A DNA stretch of 64,000 bases. Origin: an uncultured delta proteobacterium. GTDB taxonomy: Bacteria > Desulfobacterota > Binatia > UBA9968. Numbering within the stretch: position 1 is the stretch's first letter; each line of letters opens with the position of its first letter. The DNA lies in assembly GCA_963745035.1 (NCBI GenBank), contig CAVUVW010000013.1, positions 1,376,001 through 1,440,000 of the forward strand, in the 5' to 3' direction. The notes under the pieces are model-generated. The model had not been told where the DNA came from. It saw nothing but the letters and a program-made list of their open reading frames with translations, and made no database searches. Shown here piece by piece: positions 29,542 through 38,966 of the stretch. A program made the position numbers and the translations under genes.

Positions 29542-29616
29542 GCTAATCCGAACTGGTCTTTACGAGAAAGAAACTTGGGGCTCTCGAATCTTTCGGCGTG
29601 AACCGCCAACGAAATC

Positions 29617-30876
29617 TCAATGTCCGCCCAAGCTCGTCACAATTTCAGGAGAGTTTGCCGCCCGCCGCCCGTTCGGTGACGCGAATACCGCGCGCTTGCG
29701 CGGCGGATCGAAAAACGGCAGCTTGACCACGATCGCGTCCGCGGTCTTTCGCTTGTGCTCGACCGTCACTTCGAAATCGACTCGAGTTCCCGATTGAATA
29801 AACTCCTTTTCGATCGTGGCAAGCGCGATGTACTTTTTTAACGTCGGCGACCACGCGCCGGTGGTCGCATGGCCGACTTGGCGATCGTCTTTGTAAACCG
29901 GCACCCCGCCGCGCCATGCAACGAGCGGGAAGTAGGGCGGCAAGCCTACGTTCTGGTAAAGATATTCGTACCCGTCGAGATTGATCTCCAGGCCGACGAC
30001 TTGGCGCGACGGGCCGCCTTTACTAGTGACTGCCATAAGAGCTTCGGCGCCGATGAAGTGTTCCTTTTTTAAGTCCACGGTCCAGCCGAGCCCGATCTCG
30101 AAGGGCGAATAGCGCTGCGAAGCGATCAGTGCCTTCTCCGCGCCGATGTAGTCAACCTCGAGAAGAATGAAGCCCGCTTCCAGGCGCGCGACGTCGAGAG
30201 CGAGAATACCCGCCGGCTTGATGCCAAAGTTCTTGCCTCTTTCCACGAAAACATCCCAAAGCCGTTCTGCATGCTCCCGGCTCACCCAAATCTCATATCC
30301 TAAATCTCCCGTATAACCCGTTCTCGACACAATGACGGGCACATCAGAAATCTTGCACTTCGCCAGACGAAAAAATCGGAGCCCGCCCAAGTCGGCATCG
30401 ACAACGTCCTGGAGAATCCTGAAAGCGTTGGGACCTTGGAGCGCTAGGGCACCGATCTGTTCTGAAACCTCATCGATCGAAACATCCATCCCAACGGCAT
30501 TGAGCTTCAGCCAGCGCAGGCTCGGATCGGCCAAGTTGAGGCGAAAATGATCGTCGGCGAGGCGAAACACGGTCCCGTCTTGAATCACCGCGCCGTCGTC
30601 TTCACAAAGGCAGCCGTAAAGCGCCTGGCCCACGGCGCACTTTGCCGCGTCGCGTGTCATCACCCTGTTGACGAGCTTGAGCGCATCACGACCGCGAATT
30701 TCATATTTGTAAAGCGGCGAGACATCGATCAGCCCGGCCGAGTTTCGGATTGCGTGGTACTCGTAGTCATGCATCACATCGTACGAACCCGCGACAAAAT
30801 AGCCGGACCAGTTCCGCCAGTTCTGGCTTTCGGAAAGCGCCGAGGTCCGCGAATGAAAGGGAGTTCCAACGGGCAT
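29617..30876 (-). CDS. Aminomethyltransferase (GcvT/DmdA-like folate-binding) protein
   Basis: GLIDVSPL, LALQGP, SRTGYTGDLGYEIW, ARLEAG, VKLPFFDP. Confidence 0.92.
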   Translation of the reverse strand: MPVGTPFHSRTSALSESQNWRNWSGYFVAGSYDVMHDYEYHAIRNSAGLIDVSPLYKYEIRGRDALKLVNRVMTRDAAKCAVGQALYGCLCEDDGAVIQDGTVFRLADDHFRLNLADPSLRWLKLNAVGMDVSIDEVSEQIGALALQGPNAFRILQDVVDADLGGLRFFRLAKCKISDVPVIVSRTGYTGDLGYEIWVSREHAERLWDVFVERGKNFGIKPAGILALDVARLEAGFILLEVDYIGAEKALIASQRYSPFEIGLGWTVDLKKEHFIGAEALMAVTSKGGPSRQVVGLEINLDGYEYLYQNVGLPPYFPLVAWRGGVPVYKDDRQVGHATTGAWSPTLKKYIALATIEKEFIQSGTRVDFEVTVEHKRKTADAIVVKLPFFDPPRKRAVFASPNGRRAANSPEIVTSLGGH

Positions 30877-31009
30877 AAACTATTTTGGATTTTTGATAGT
30901 TCGACCAAGCTCAGTACAAGTTTTGGATTTTGGATTCACGGAAAAACGCCAATCACGTTGACTTCGCAGATGAAATTACCAAATATGCTCTCTTAAGCAA
31001 ATTCCATCC

Positions 31010-32599
31010 ATGGCCAACTACGATGCGATCATCATTGGCGCCGGCCATAACGGCCTCACCAGCGCCGCCTACCTAGCCAAAGCCGGAAAGAAAGTGCTCG
31101 TGCTCGAACGGCGCCATGTCGTGGGCGGTGCCGCGGTCACGGAGGAAATTTATCCGGGCTTCAAGTACTCGGTTTGCTCTTACGTCGTGAGCCTGCTCCG
31201 GCCCGAGGTGATCCGCGAGCTCGATCTTCCGAAATACGATCTCGAGATCATACCGCTCGACAGCACCTTTACGCCGCTGCCGAACCGCGATTATCTTTTC
31301 CGCTGCGGTGATCATGCGCGCACGCGCCGCGAGATCGCCCGTCATTCGCCGACCGACGCCGAAGCCTACGAGCAATACGGCCAATTGATGGTGCAGATGG
31401 CCATGGCGGTCAAACCGCTGCTCGGCATGATCCCGCCGGAGCCGACGACCTGGAATCCGAAAGATCTTTTTGGTCTCGCTCGAGTCGGCAGCCACTTCCG
31501 CGGTCTCGGGGAGAAGCTTGTCTACGAGCTTACGAAACTCATGACCATGAGCTCTGCCGATTTTCTCGACGAGTGGTTCGAGACCGAGGCGCTCAAGGCA
31601 ACCATGTCGGCAAGCGGCATCATCGGAACATTCATGGGCCCGCGCTCTCCTGGGACCGCCTACGTGCTGCTGCATCATTACATGGGCGAGCTCGACGGCG
31701 CGTTTCGTTCGTGGGGTTTCGCTCGGGGCGGAATGGGCACGATCAGCCGCGTGATCGCCGATGCGGCGCGCGCCCACGGCGCGGAGATTCGAACTCAAGC
31801 TCCAGTCGATCAGGTTTTGATCAAAAACGGCCGAGCCACTGGTGTGGTGCTCAGTTCAGGCGAAGAGATTCAGAGCAAAATCGTCGTTTCCGGCGTCGAT
31901 CCCAAGCGCACATTTTTAAAGATGGTCGATGCCAAACAGCTCGATGCTTCATTCGTCAAGCAGGTGAACGATTTCAAAATTCGCGGTTCCTCGGCCAAGG
32001 TCAACCTCGCTCTTGACGCGCTGCCCAACTTCACCGCGATGCCCGGCGAAGGTCCGCACCTCGCCGGCGCCATTTCGATTAGCCCGAGCTTGGACTACAT
32101 CGAACGTGCCTACGACGACGCTAAGTTCGGCGATTATTCGCGCCGCCCATACATGGATATCATTCTGCCTTCGATGCTCGACCCATCCATGGCGCCGCCG
32201 GGTAAGCACGTCATGTCGATCTTCGTGCAATACGCGCCGTATCATCTGAAAAGCGGCTCGTGGCCTGAAAAGCGCGAAGCACTGGGAGATACGGTCATCG
32301 AGACGCTCAGCGAGTACGCGCCGAATCTAAAGGACATCATACTCCACCGCCAAGTCGTCACTCCCTGGGACCTCGAACAGGAATTCGGCCTTACCGAGGG
32401 GAATATTTTTCAGGGCGAGTTGACCCTCGACCAACTTTTTTTTCTCCGGCCGGTACCAGGCTGGGCGAAGTACCGCACCCCCATCAAGAATCTTTACATG
32501 TGCGGCGCCTGCACGCATCCAGGCGGCGGCGTGATGGCGGCCTCAGGACGGCTCGCGGCGCTGGAAATCCTCAAAGACATGAAATTGAGGCTAATGTAA
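31010..32599 (+). CDS. NAD(P)/FAD-dependent oxidoreductase (phytoene dehydrogenase-like/PYROXD2) copy 1
   Basis: GAGHNGL..AAYLA, GGMG, GNIFQG, CGACTHPGGGV. Confidence 0.92.
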   Translation: MANYDAIIIGAGHNGLTSAAYLAKAGKKVLVLERRHVVGGAAVTEEIYPGFKYSVCSYVVSLLRPEVIRELDLPKYDLEIIPLDSTFTPLPNRDYLFRCGDHARTRREIARHSPTDAEAYEQYGQLMVQMAMAVKPLLGMIPPEPTTWNPKDLFGLARVGSHFRGLGEKLVYELTKLMTMSSADFLDEWFETEALKATMSASGIIGTFMGPRSPGTAYVLLHHYMGELDGAFRSWGFARGGMGTISRVIADAARAHGAEIRTQAPVDQVLIKNGRATGVVLSSGEEIQSKIVVSGVDPKRTFLKMVDAKQLDASFVKQVNDFKIRGSSAKVNLALDALPNFTAMPGEGPHLAGAISISPSLDYIERAYDDAKFGDYSRRPYMDIILPSMLDPSMAPPGKHVMSIFVQYAPYHLKSGSWPEKREALGDTVIETLSEYAPNLKDIILHRQVVTPWDLEQEFGLTEGNIFQGELTLDQLFFLRPVPGWAKYRTPIKNLYMCGACTHPGGGVMAASGRLAALEILKDMKLRLM

Positions 32600-32604
32600 C
32601 TGCT

Positions 32605-34185
32605 GTGGCAAACTACGACGCGATTATCGTCGGCGCCGGTCACAACGGTTTGGTCACCGCGGCGTATCTCGCCAAAGGCGGCAAGAAAGTTCTCGTCCTC
32701 GAGCGCCGCTCGAATGTCGGCGGTATCGCCGCGACGGAAGAAATATTTTCCGGCTTCAAATATTCCACCTGCGCGCATCTCGCCGCATCGTTCGCCGGCG
32801 AGATCGTCACCGATCTCGATCTCAGAAGGCACGGCTTCGAGCCGCTCGCCCTCGATCCCCTGATCTTTGCGCCGAGTCTGAACGGACAGGCGTTGACGAT
32901 TCTCCGCGACCGCACCAAAGCCGCAGCGGAGATCGCCCGCCACTCCAAGGCAGACGCCGACGAGTACAACGCTTTCTGCGCTCTCGCGAAAAATCTCTCT
33001 GGGTTTCTCCGAACTCTTTATGGCATGCCGCTGCCGAACAAAGCCAACCACGAGAGCTTCAACCTCGCCGATCTTGTGAAGATCGGCTGGAAGTTTCACC
33101 GCCTCGGTGAAAAAGAGATGTACGAGTTTCTCCGCATTCTGCCAATGAGCAGCGCCGATCTGCTGAACGAATGGTTCGAGAACGATCTCCTCAAAGCGGC
33201 GCTGGCTGCAAGCGGCATGCTCGCGTCTTTCGTCGGACCGCGCCAACAGGGGACTGCGTTCAACATGCTGCACCACCAGCTCGGCGAATCCAATGGCGCG
33301 CTCCGCACGGCAGGCTTTGTCCGCGGTGGCATCGGCAATCTCTCTGAAGCGCTTGCCCGCGCCGCGCGGCAGTTCGGCGCTGAGATCCGCATGCAGGCCG
33401 AAGTCGCCAAGATCGCCACCAAAAATGGCGGCGCGACCGGCGTGATTTTGGGTAACGGCGATGAAATCGATGCTGCTCAGGTGATTTCGAGCGCCGATGT
33501 GAAGCAAACCTTTCTGAAGCTCGTCGAGCCTACCTATCTCGATCCGCATTTCTTGCTGCAAGTGAAAAACATTCGCTCGCGCGGCACCGTGGCAAAGATC
33601 AATTTAGCGCTCGATACCCTGCCGAAATTTTCTGACGATCCGGCGGCGTTGGGCGGCATCATTCACATCGGCCCGAGTCTCGATTACCTGGAGCACGCCG
33701 CCGATGATGCCAAGTACGGACGATTTTCCCGGCAGGCGTTTCTGGAAATCACTATTCCGTCAATCGCCGATCCGTCTCCCGCTCGAGCGGGAAAACACGT
33801 GATGTCGGTCTGGATGCAGTCCGCACCTTACAAGCTTCAGGAAGGTCATTGGCACGAAAAGCGAGAGGCGCTCGGCGATGCGGTTGTTGACTTGATCGAG
33901 AATTACGCGCCCGGCTTCAAGAGCTCGATTCTTCACCGCCAGGTGTTGACGCCGCTCGACCTGGAAGAAAGCTATGGCGTTACCGGCGGGCACATCTATC
34001 ACGCGGAAATGGCGCTGGATCAGATTCTCTTTATGCGGCCGGTTCCAGGTTGGTCCCGTTACCGCACGCCCATCGAAAATTTGTTTCTCTGCGGCTCGGG
34101 AACGCATCCCGGCGGCGGTATCACGGGCCTTCCCGGCTACTACGCCGCGAAGGAAATGCTCAGGAAACGCCGGCGCAACAAGTAG
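32605..34185 (+). CDS. NAD(P)/FAD-dependent oxidoreductase (phytoene dehydrogenase-like/PYROXD2) copy 2
   Basis: GTG 32605 gives MANYDAIIVGAGHNGL, collinear with copy 1; CGSGTHPGGGI. Confidence 0.92.
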   Translation: MANYDAIIVGAGHNGLVTAAYLAKGGKKVLVLERRSNVGGIAATEEIFSGFKYSTCAHLAASFAGEIVTDLDLRRHGFEPLALDPLIFAPSLNGQALTILRDRTKAAAEIARHSKADADEYNAFCALAKNLSGFLRTLYGMPLPNKANHESFNLADLVKIGWKFHRLGEKEMYEFLRILPMSSADLLNEWFENDLLKAALAASGMLASFVGPRQQGTAFNMLHHQLGESNGALRTAGFVRGGIGNLSEALARAARQFGAEIRMQAEVAKIATKNGGATGVILGNGDEIDAAQVISSADVKQTFLKLVEPTYLDPHFLLQVKNIRSRGTVAKINLALDTLPKFSDDPAALGGIIHIGPSLDYLEHAADDAKYGRFSRQAFLEITIPSIADPSPARAGKHVMSVWMQSAPYKLQEGHWHEKREALGDAVVDLIENYAPGFKSSILHRQVLTPLDLEESYGVTGGHIYHAEMALDQILFMRPVPGWSRYRTPIENLFLCGSGTHPGGGITGLPGYYAAKEMLRKRRRNK

Positions 34186-34260
34186 CTTCCCGCCTTTGAA
34201 TTTCATCCGCTCCGTGGTAGACGAAAAATACTTCCCGAAGCTACCGAAAAGGCCGAAAGC

Positions 34261-35242
34261 ATGCGCATCTATCTAGGATTGTCAGAAAGCTCTCTGCCCC
34301 ATCAAACGAGAATTTTCGCCGAGATCGACGGGAAGCTCCTCGATTTGAACGTGGCGTACGCGCGGTGTTTGACTCAGTCGGGCGACGCCGTGCGCGCCTA
34401 CGAGCGCGCCGCATTTTATTTTCCCGAAACTATCGCCGGCTTTTTTGAACGCGGCGGGCAGTCGCGCCAAGCTTTGGAGGAAGTCGTTTCATTCGTGCGA
34501 CAGGCCGGTCTCAGCGACCTGCGCGGCCCGGCCGGCGAGCGAACTGTGTTCGATCCGGCGGAGATCCGTCTACTGCCGCCGATACAAAATCCTGCAAAAA
34601 GTTTCGTCATCGGTTTTTCTGATAAGGCGCGGGTGGAGGCCATGCCCAAGGCGGAAATTCCCACGGGCTATTACAAACTGCCGCAGACTTTCATCTCCAA
34701 CGGCTCGCCGATCATCTGGCCAAAATTTTCCGACGAAGTTGACGCCGATGCTTGCCTAGCGCTCGTGATCGGCAAAGCCGGCAAGAGAATCGACCCGGTA
34801 GAGGCCTGGGACCACATTGCCGGCGTCACCTTGCTCATCGACATCACCGCGCGCGACATCAACCGGCGCGAGGGGCTCACCACCAACAACCTTCTCGGCA
34901 AGAACTTTCCGTCGAGCACTTCTCTGGGGCCGGCGCTGCTTCTACACCCTACGCGAAAAGAGTTGGAAGACGCTGGAGGTCGAGCTGGCGGTTGACGGCG
35001 ATATCCGGCAAAAATTCGCTCTGCGCAATTGCGTTTTTACCATCGAGCAGATCGTTGCCCGCTGGTCGATTCTTGGGATCAAGCCGGGCGATTTTCTCGC
35101 CATCGGCGCCAGCATGGCCCTCCAGGGCGACAGACTGCAAAACCCTGTGCCCCTCAAGATCGGTTCGACCCTGCGCTGCTCGTCGCCGACTATCGGCGAG
35201 CTGTCGCATCGAGTGATTGCCGCGGGAGGATTGCGTCGATGA
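34261..35242 (+). CDS. Fumarylacetoacetate hydrolase-family protein, degenerate active site (frameshift near 34975)
   Basis: LLPPI..P.K, LALVIGK, DITARD, GKNFP; C-terminal half continues in ORF 34817..35242. Confidence 0.8.
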
Positions 35243-36192
35243 AGCTCGTCACCTATCTCGATCAACGCCGGGAGCGGATCGGCGCCGTCGACAACGCCGG
35301 CCGTCTCGTTGATTTGCATCGGGCTTACGCATCTTACCTGCGCGATGTGGAAACCAATCCGTCCGCCGATGAACTGGCGCGGTTTACCCTCGGCCGTGAC
35401 ATGGTCGAGTTCTTAAAGCGCGGTGAGAAAGCTTTGGATGGAGCACGCAAAGCTCTCTCTTATTTGGAAGGCCATCCGAACAGCGCGGCTGACGCCATCC
35501 TCGATTCGAAACAAATCCGGCTCATGGCGCCCGTACCCCGGCCGGGCGCTCTCGTTTCGGCGGGAAAGAATTTTTCCGATCACGTGGCCGAAATGGCATC
35601 GAAGAAAGGCCCGAGCTCGCCAGTGGCTTTCCTCAAGCTTCCCGGCACGGTGATCGGGCCCGAAGACGACATTCCCCATCCGCCGGAAGTGAAAAACCTC
35701 GATTATGAAGTCGAGCTCGCCATCGTTATCGGCAAGCCCTGCGTCGACGTGAGCGAGGACGAAGCGCTGGATTACGTGGCGGGTTATTCGGCATTCAACG
35801 ACATCAGCGCCCGCGATGTGATTCGCGGCGAGAACAAGACCGGCATCCATCTCATGGGCAAGAGCTTCCCGGGCTTCGCCCCGATGGGTCCTTATCTCGT
35901 CACCGCCGACGAGATTCCCGATCCTCAGAATTTGAAATTGAAACTGTCGGTCAACGGCGAGACCCGCCAGGACTCGAACTTGAGCTTCATGATTTTCAAG
36001 ATCCGCGAGATGATCGCCTATTGGTCGCAGATGGGGCTCAATCCCGGCGACGTGCTGACAACGGGCACGCCGCGCGGCGTTGCCGCCGGAAGAAAGCCGG
36101 ACCAGGTACCCTGGTGGCTCAAGCCGGGCGATGTGGTCGAAGCCGAAGTCGAGAAAATCGGCCGGCTACGTAATCGCATCGTTGCGGAATGA
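35239..36192 (+). CDS. Fumarylacetoacetate hydrolase-family protein
   Basis: AGKNFSDH..E, FLK, DYEVEL, NDISARD, GKSF, GDVLTTGTP; ATG 35239 overlaps the previous stop. Confidence 0.93.
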   Translation: MKLVTYLDQRRERIGAVDNAGRLVDLHRAYASYLRDVETNPSADELARFTLGRDMVEFLKRGEKALDGARKALSYLEGHPNSAADAILDSKQIRLMAPVPRPGALVSAGKNFSDHVAEMASKKGPSSPVAFLKLPGTVIGPEDDIPHPPEVKNLDYEVELAIVIGKPCVDVSEDEALDYVAGYSAFNDISARDVIRGENKTGIHLMGKSFPGFAPMGPYLVTADEIPDPQNLKLKLSVNGETRQDSNLSFMIFKIREMIAYWSQMGLNPGDVLTTGTPRGVAAGRKPDQVPWWLKPGDVVEAEVEKIGRLRNRIVAE

Positions 36193-36226
36193 TCGCGCCG
36201 CAAGTTCACGTGAAGGAGAAAACCGC

Positions 36227-37099
36227 ATGTCGGACAATGTTAAACCTGTCGTCCAACCTACCGGCCTTATCCATGGCCACAGCGAATGCCGCTATCTCGA
36301 TGAGACGATTCCAGTCCTAACGCGAGTCCTGGCGTTGGATCTGATCGAGCGAAAAGACGGCCAGGCCGTGCTTAAGCACCCCAACACCGGCTGGAAGCTC
36401 ATCCTCCACGAGGGCGGCGCCGAGGTAAAAGACAAGCCCGAGCGCAATCACTACGGCGTGCGCGTTTCCAACAATGAGGAAGTCGACAACGCCTACCGGT
36501 ATCTCCTCGCCAACAAGGAAAAACTCGGACTTAAGAAAGTCGTCAAGCGCAAGGAGCGTGACGGTTCTTACTCGATGTTCTTCGTCGAGCCGGGCGGCAA
36601 TTATTGGGAGATTGAGTCCTACGAGAACCGCCACAAAGCCGGCTTGCCGGAACACGTCTCATATCCGTGGATAATCAAACTGACTGAGGAAAGGCTCCCC
36701 GGCTGCGGCTACATCCCGCAAGCGATGACTCACGGCACCATGGAATGCACGACTCTTGCGGCTTCGGTCAAATTCTATAAAGAAGGCCTCGGCCTCGACG
36801 TGATCACTCACGTGCCGACCGTAAGGCCCCACGACATCAAGCATCCGTCAACGCCCTGGTATGTGGTGAGCCTCGAAGTGCCGCCCAAGAACAAGCATTA
36901 TCTAACGCCGCTCCAGCGCTACACCGTCGCGGTGGAATCGGCGACCGCGCTCGCTGAAGCGCACCGTGAGATGAGCGAGCGCCGCGAGGAGTTCGGCACG
37001 ACGTCCATAGAAGCCGTTAAAGATATACCTGAAGGGCAATCCTTTTTGATCTGCGACCTCGACCGCAACTGGTGGGAAATCGCCTGGATCAGCAATTGA
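36227..37099 (+). CDS. Two-domain VOC (glyoxalase/extradiol dioxygenase) family protein copy 1
   Basis: HGHSEC, NHYGVRV, EPGGNYWEIE, THGTMEC, DLDRNWWEI; GGAG RBS. Confidence 0.85.
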   Translation: MSDNVKPVVQPTGLIHGHSECRYLDETIPVLTRVLALDLIERKDGQAVLKHPNTGWKLILHEGGAEVKDKPERNHYGVRVSNNEEVDNAYRYLLANKEKLGLKKVVKRKERDGSYSMFFVEPGGNYWEIESYENRHKAGLPEHVSYPWIIKLTEERLPGCGYIPQAMTHGTMECTTLAASVKFYKEGLGLDVITHVPTVRPHDIKHPSTPWYVVSLEVPPKNKHYLTPLQRYTVAVESATALAEAHREMSERREEFGTTSIEAVKDIPEGQSFLICDLDRNWWEIAWISN

Positions 37100-37154
37100 G
37101 CGCCGCCGAGCCATCTCAATCACGACAATCAATCATTGACTGGAGATTAACCCA

Positions 37155-38015
37155 GTGAAACCAGCGATCGCATCCCTCGGCATCACCAAAGGCCACTACG
37201 AATGCAATTCCCTGGACGAAACGGTCCCGGTGCTTTCTCATTTATTGGGCCTCGAAGTGGTCGAACAGCGCGACAAACAGGCCACGATGAAACACCCGAA
37301 CACCGAATGGCTGCTCGTCGTTCACGAAAATGGGCCGGACGCTCCGGATAAACCCTTTCGCAACCACTACGGCGTGCGCGTAACGAATAACGAAGAAGTG
37401 GATCGGGCTTATCAATATTTGATGGCCAGAAAAGCCGAACTCGGCTTGAAGAAAGTCGTTATGCGCAACGAGCGCTCCGGCTCCTATTCGGTCTTCTTCG
37501 TCGAGCCCGGCGGCAATTATTGGGAGATCGAGTCTTATCAGCACCGCCACGAAGCGGGCTTGCCGTACGATGTTTCGTATCCTTGGACCAAGCAGATCAC
37601 CGAAAATCAATTCCCCGGCAGAGGCTATATTCCCCAGGCTTTCACCCACGGGACCATCGAATGCAACGACTGGCAATCGTCCGTCAAATTCTACACCGAC
37701 GCCTTGGGCATGGAGATGATCACCCACGTGACAACGCCCAAGCCGCACAACATCAAACATCCATCGAATCCATGGTATGTCGTTAGCCTCGAAGTTCCCG
37801 AGCGGAGCCGCAAATATCTCGGCCCGCTGCAGCGCTTCACCATCGCGGTCGAATCACCGGCCAAGCTCAGCGAAGCGCGCGCCGCACTGGAAACACGGCG
37901 TTCCGAATTCAACATCCAGGAAATCACCGGCATCGAACAGAGTGAAGCCGGCCAATCGTTCTTGCTTTGTGATCTCAATCGCAACTGGTGGGAGATCGAG
38001 TGCGCTCACGACTAA
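37155..38015 (+). CDS. Two-domain VOC family protein copy 2
   Basis: Collinear paralogue of copy 1 (NHYGVRV, EPGGNYWEIESY, DLNRNWWEI). Confidence 0.87.
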   Translation: MKPAIASLGITKGHYECNSLDETVPVLSHLLGLEVVEQRDKQATMKHPNTEWLLVVHENGPDAPDKPFRNHYGVRVTNNEEVDRAYQYLMARKAELGLKKVVMRNERSGSYSVFFVEPGGNYWEIESYQHRHEAGLPYDVSYPWTKQITENQFPGRGYIPQAFTHGTIECNDWQSSVKFYTDALGMEMITHVTTPKPHNIKHPSNPWYVVSLEVPERSRKYLGPLQRFTIAVESPAKLSEARAALETRRSEFNIQEITGIEQSEAGQSFLLCDLNRNWWEIECAHD

Positions 38016-38061
38016 CTGACCTGGCACACTAATTTGAAGCGAGCGTATTTTCCCAAACCAC

Positions 38062-38093
38062 TACTCCAATACTCCATCACTCCATGACTCCAA
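38062..38093 (+). repeat. 4 x 8-bp intergenic tandem repeat nACTCCAw
   Basis: TACTCCAA TACTCCAT CACTCCAT GACTCCAA. Confidence 0.75.
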
Positions 38094-38115
38094 TCTCTCA
38101 CCGGAGGCCTCATCC

Positions 38116-38943
38116 ATGAACGTCAACGACCTCAACGTTAAGAAAACCGGCCTGCTCTTTTTCGACATGCTGAACGTTTACTATCTCGGCGCTTCGGCTG
38201 AGGCGCAGAAGCGAATGAAGCCGGTAGTCGAAAACGCCGTGCGACTCATGGAAGCTGCGCGCAAGATATCGATGCCGATCTACTACGCCATGGCCAACCA
38301 CCGCCCCGACGGCGAGAGCCGCAGCATGATCGTCACCGACACGGACATGCGGCTTCGGCCCTGGCCGGGCGGCGAGTGCAACCCGACCGTTCACGGCGCC
38401 GTCGAAGGCAGTTGGGAGCAAGGGGTGATCGAAGAAATCGCCCCGCGCCCCGAGGATTACATCATTCCCAAATACCGCTGGAGCACGTTTCACCAGACCT
38501 ATTTCGACCTTGCGCTCCGCTCGCGCGGCATCGACACGATCATCATTTCCGGGGGCGCCGTCGATGTCGGTGTCGCTTCGACCGTCTACTCAGCGCGTGA
38601 TCATGACTACAATATCATCATAGTGCGCGACGCGTGCAGCAACTCCCATGAAGACTCCCTCGCGGCGTTCATGAACACCGTCTTTCCGCGCATGGCGCGG
38701 GTAAGAACCACGGACCAGGTCCTGGAAATGATTCAGAAAGCCGCAGCATCCGCAAAGGCAGTAGCAAGGCAGAATACCGAGCCCGATTGCACAGCGAGGA
38801 GGCCGCTTGCTGTCACCCGCCGTCCTGTCGATTGTGTATCGTTTCCATTCACGAGCACACAGCATCGTCCGAGCTTCTTTGCCAATTCTGAGATTGACTT
38901 TAGGCCTTCCAAGGAGGGGCTAGCTCCAGCTAATTCGATTTGA
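38116..38943 (+). CDS. Isochorismatase-family (cysteine hydrolase fold) protein; C-terminal ~60 aa may be read-through from an indel
   Basis: LLFFDMLN, PKYRWSTFHQT, IIISG..DVGVAST..SARD..Y..IVRDAC. Confidence 0.85.
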   Translation: MNVNDLNVKKTGLLFFDMLNVYYLGASAEAQKRMKPVVENAVRLMEAARKISMPIYYAMANHRPDGESRSMIVTDTDMRLRPWPGGECNPTVHGAVEGSWEQGVIEEIAPRPEDYIIPKYRWSTFHQTYFDLALRSRGIDTIIISGGAVDVGVASTVYSARDHDYNIIIVRDACSNSHEDSLAAFMNTVFPRMARVRTTDQVLEMIQKAAASAKAVARQNTEPDCTARRPLAVTRRPVDCVSFPFTSTQHRPSFFANSEIDFRPSKEGLAPANSI

Positions 38944-38966
38944 TAATAGGTTTTCGGGCTTGGCCT

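Noticed and set aside
31010-34185. Carotenoid biosynthesis (crtI) assignment
   Set aside because: No crtB/crtE nearby; motifs and the GcvT context fit the PYROXD2-like subgroup.
38022-38038. TGGCACACTAATTTGAA as a sigma54 promoter
   Set aside because: Good -24 box but lacks GC at -12.
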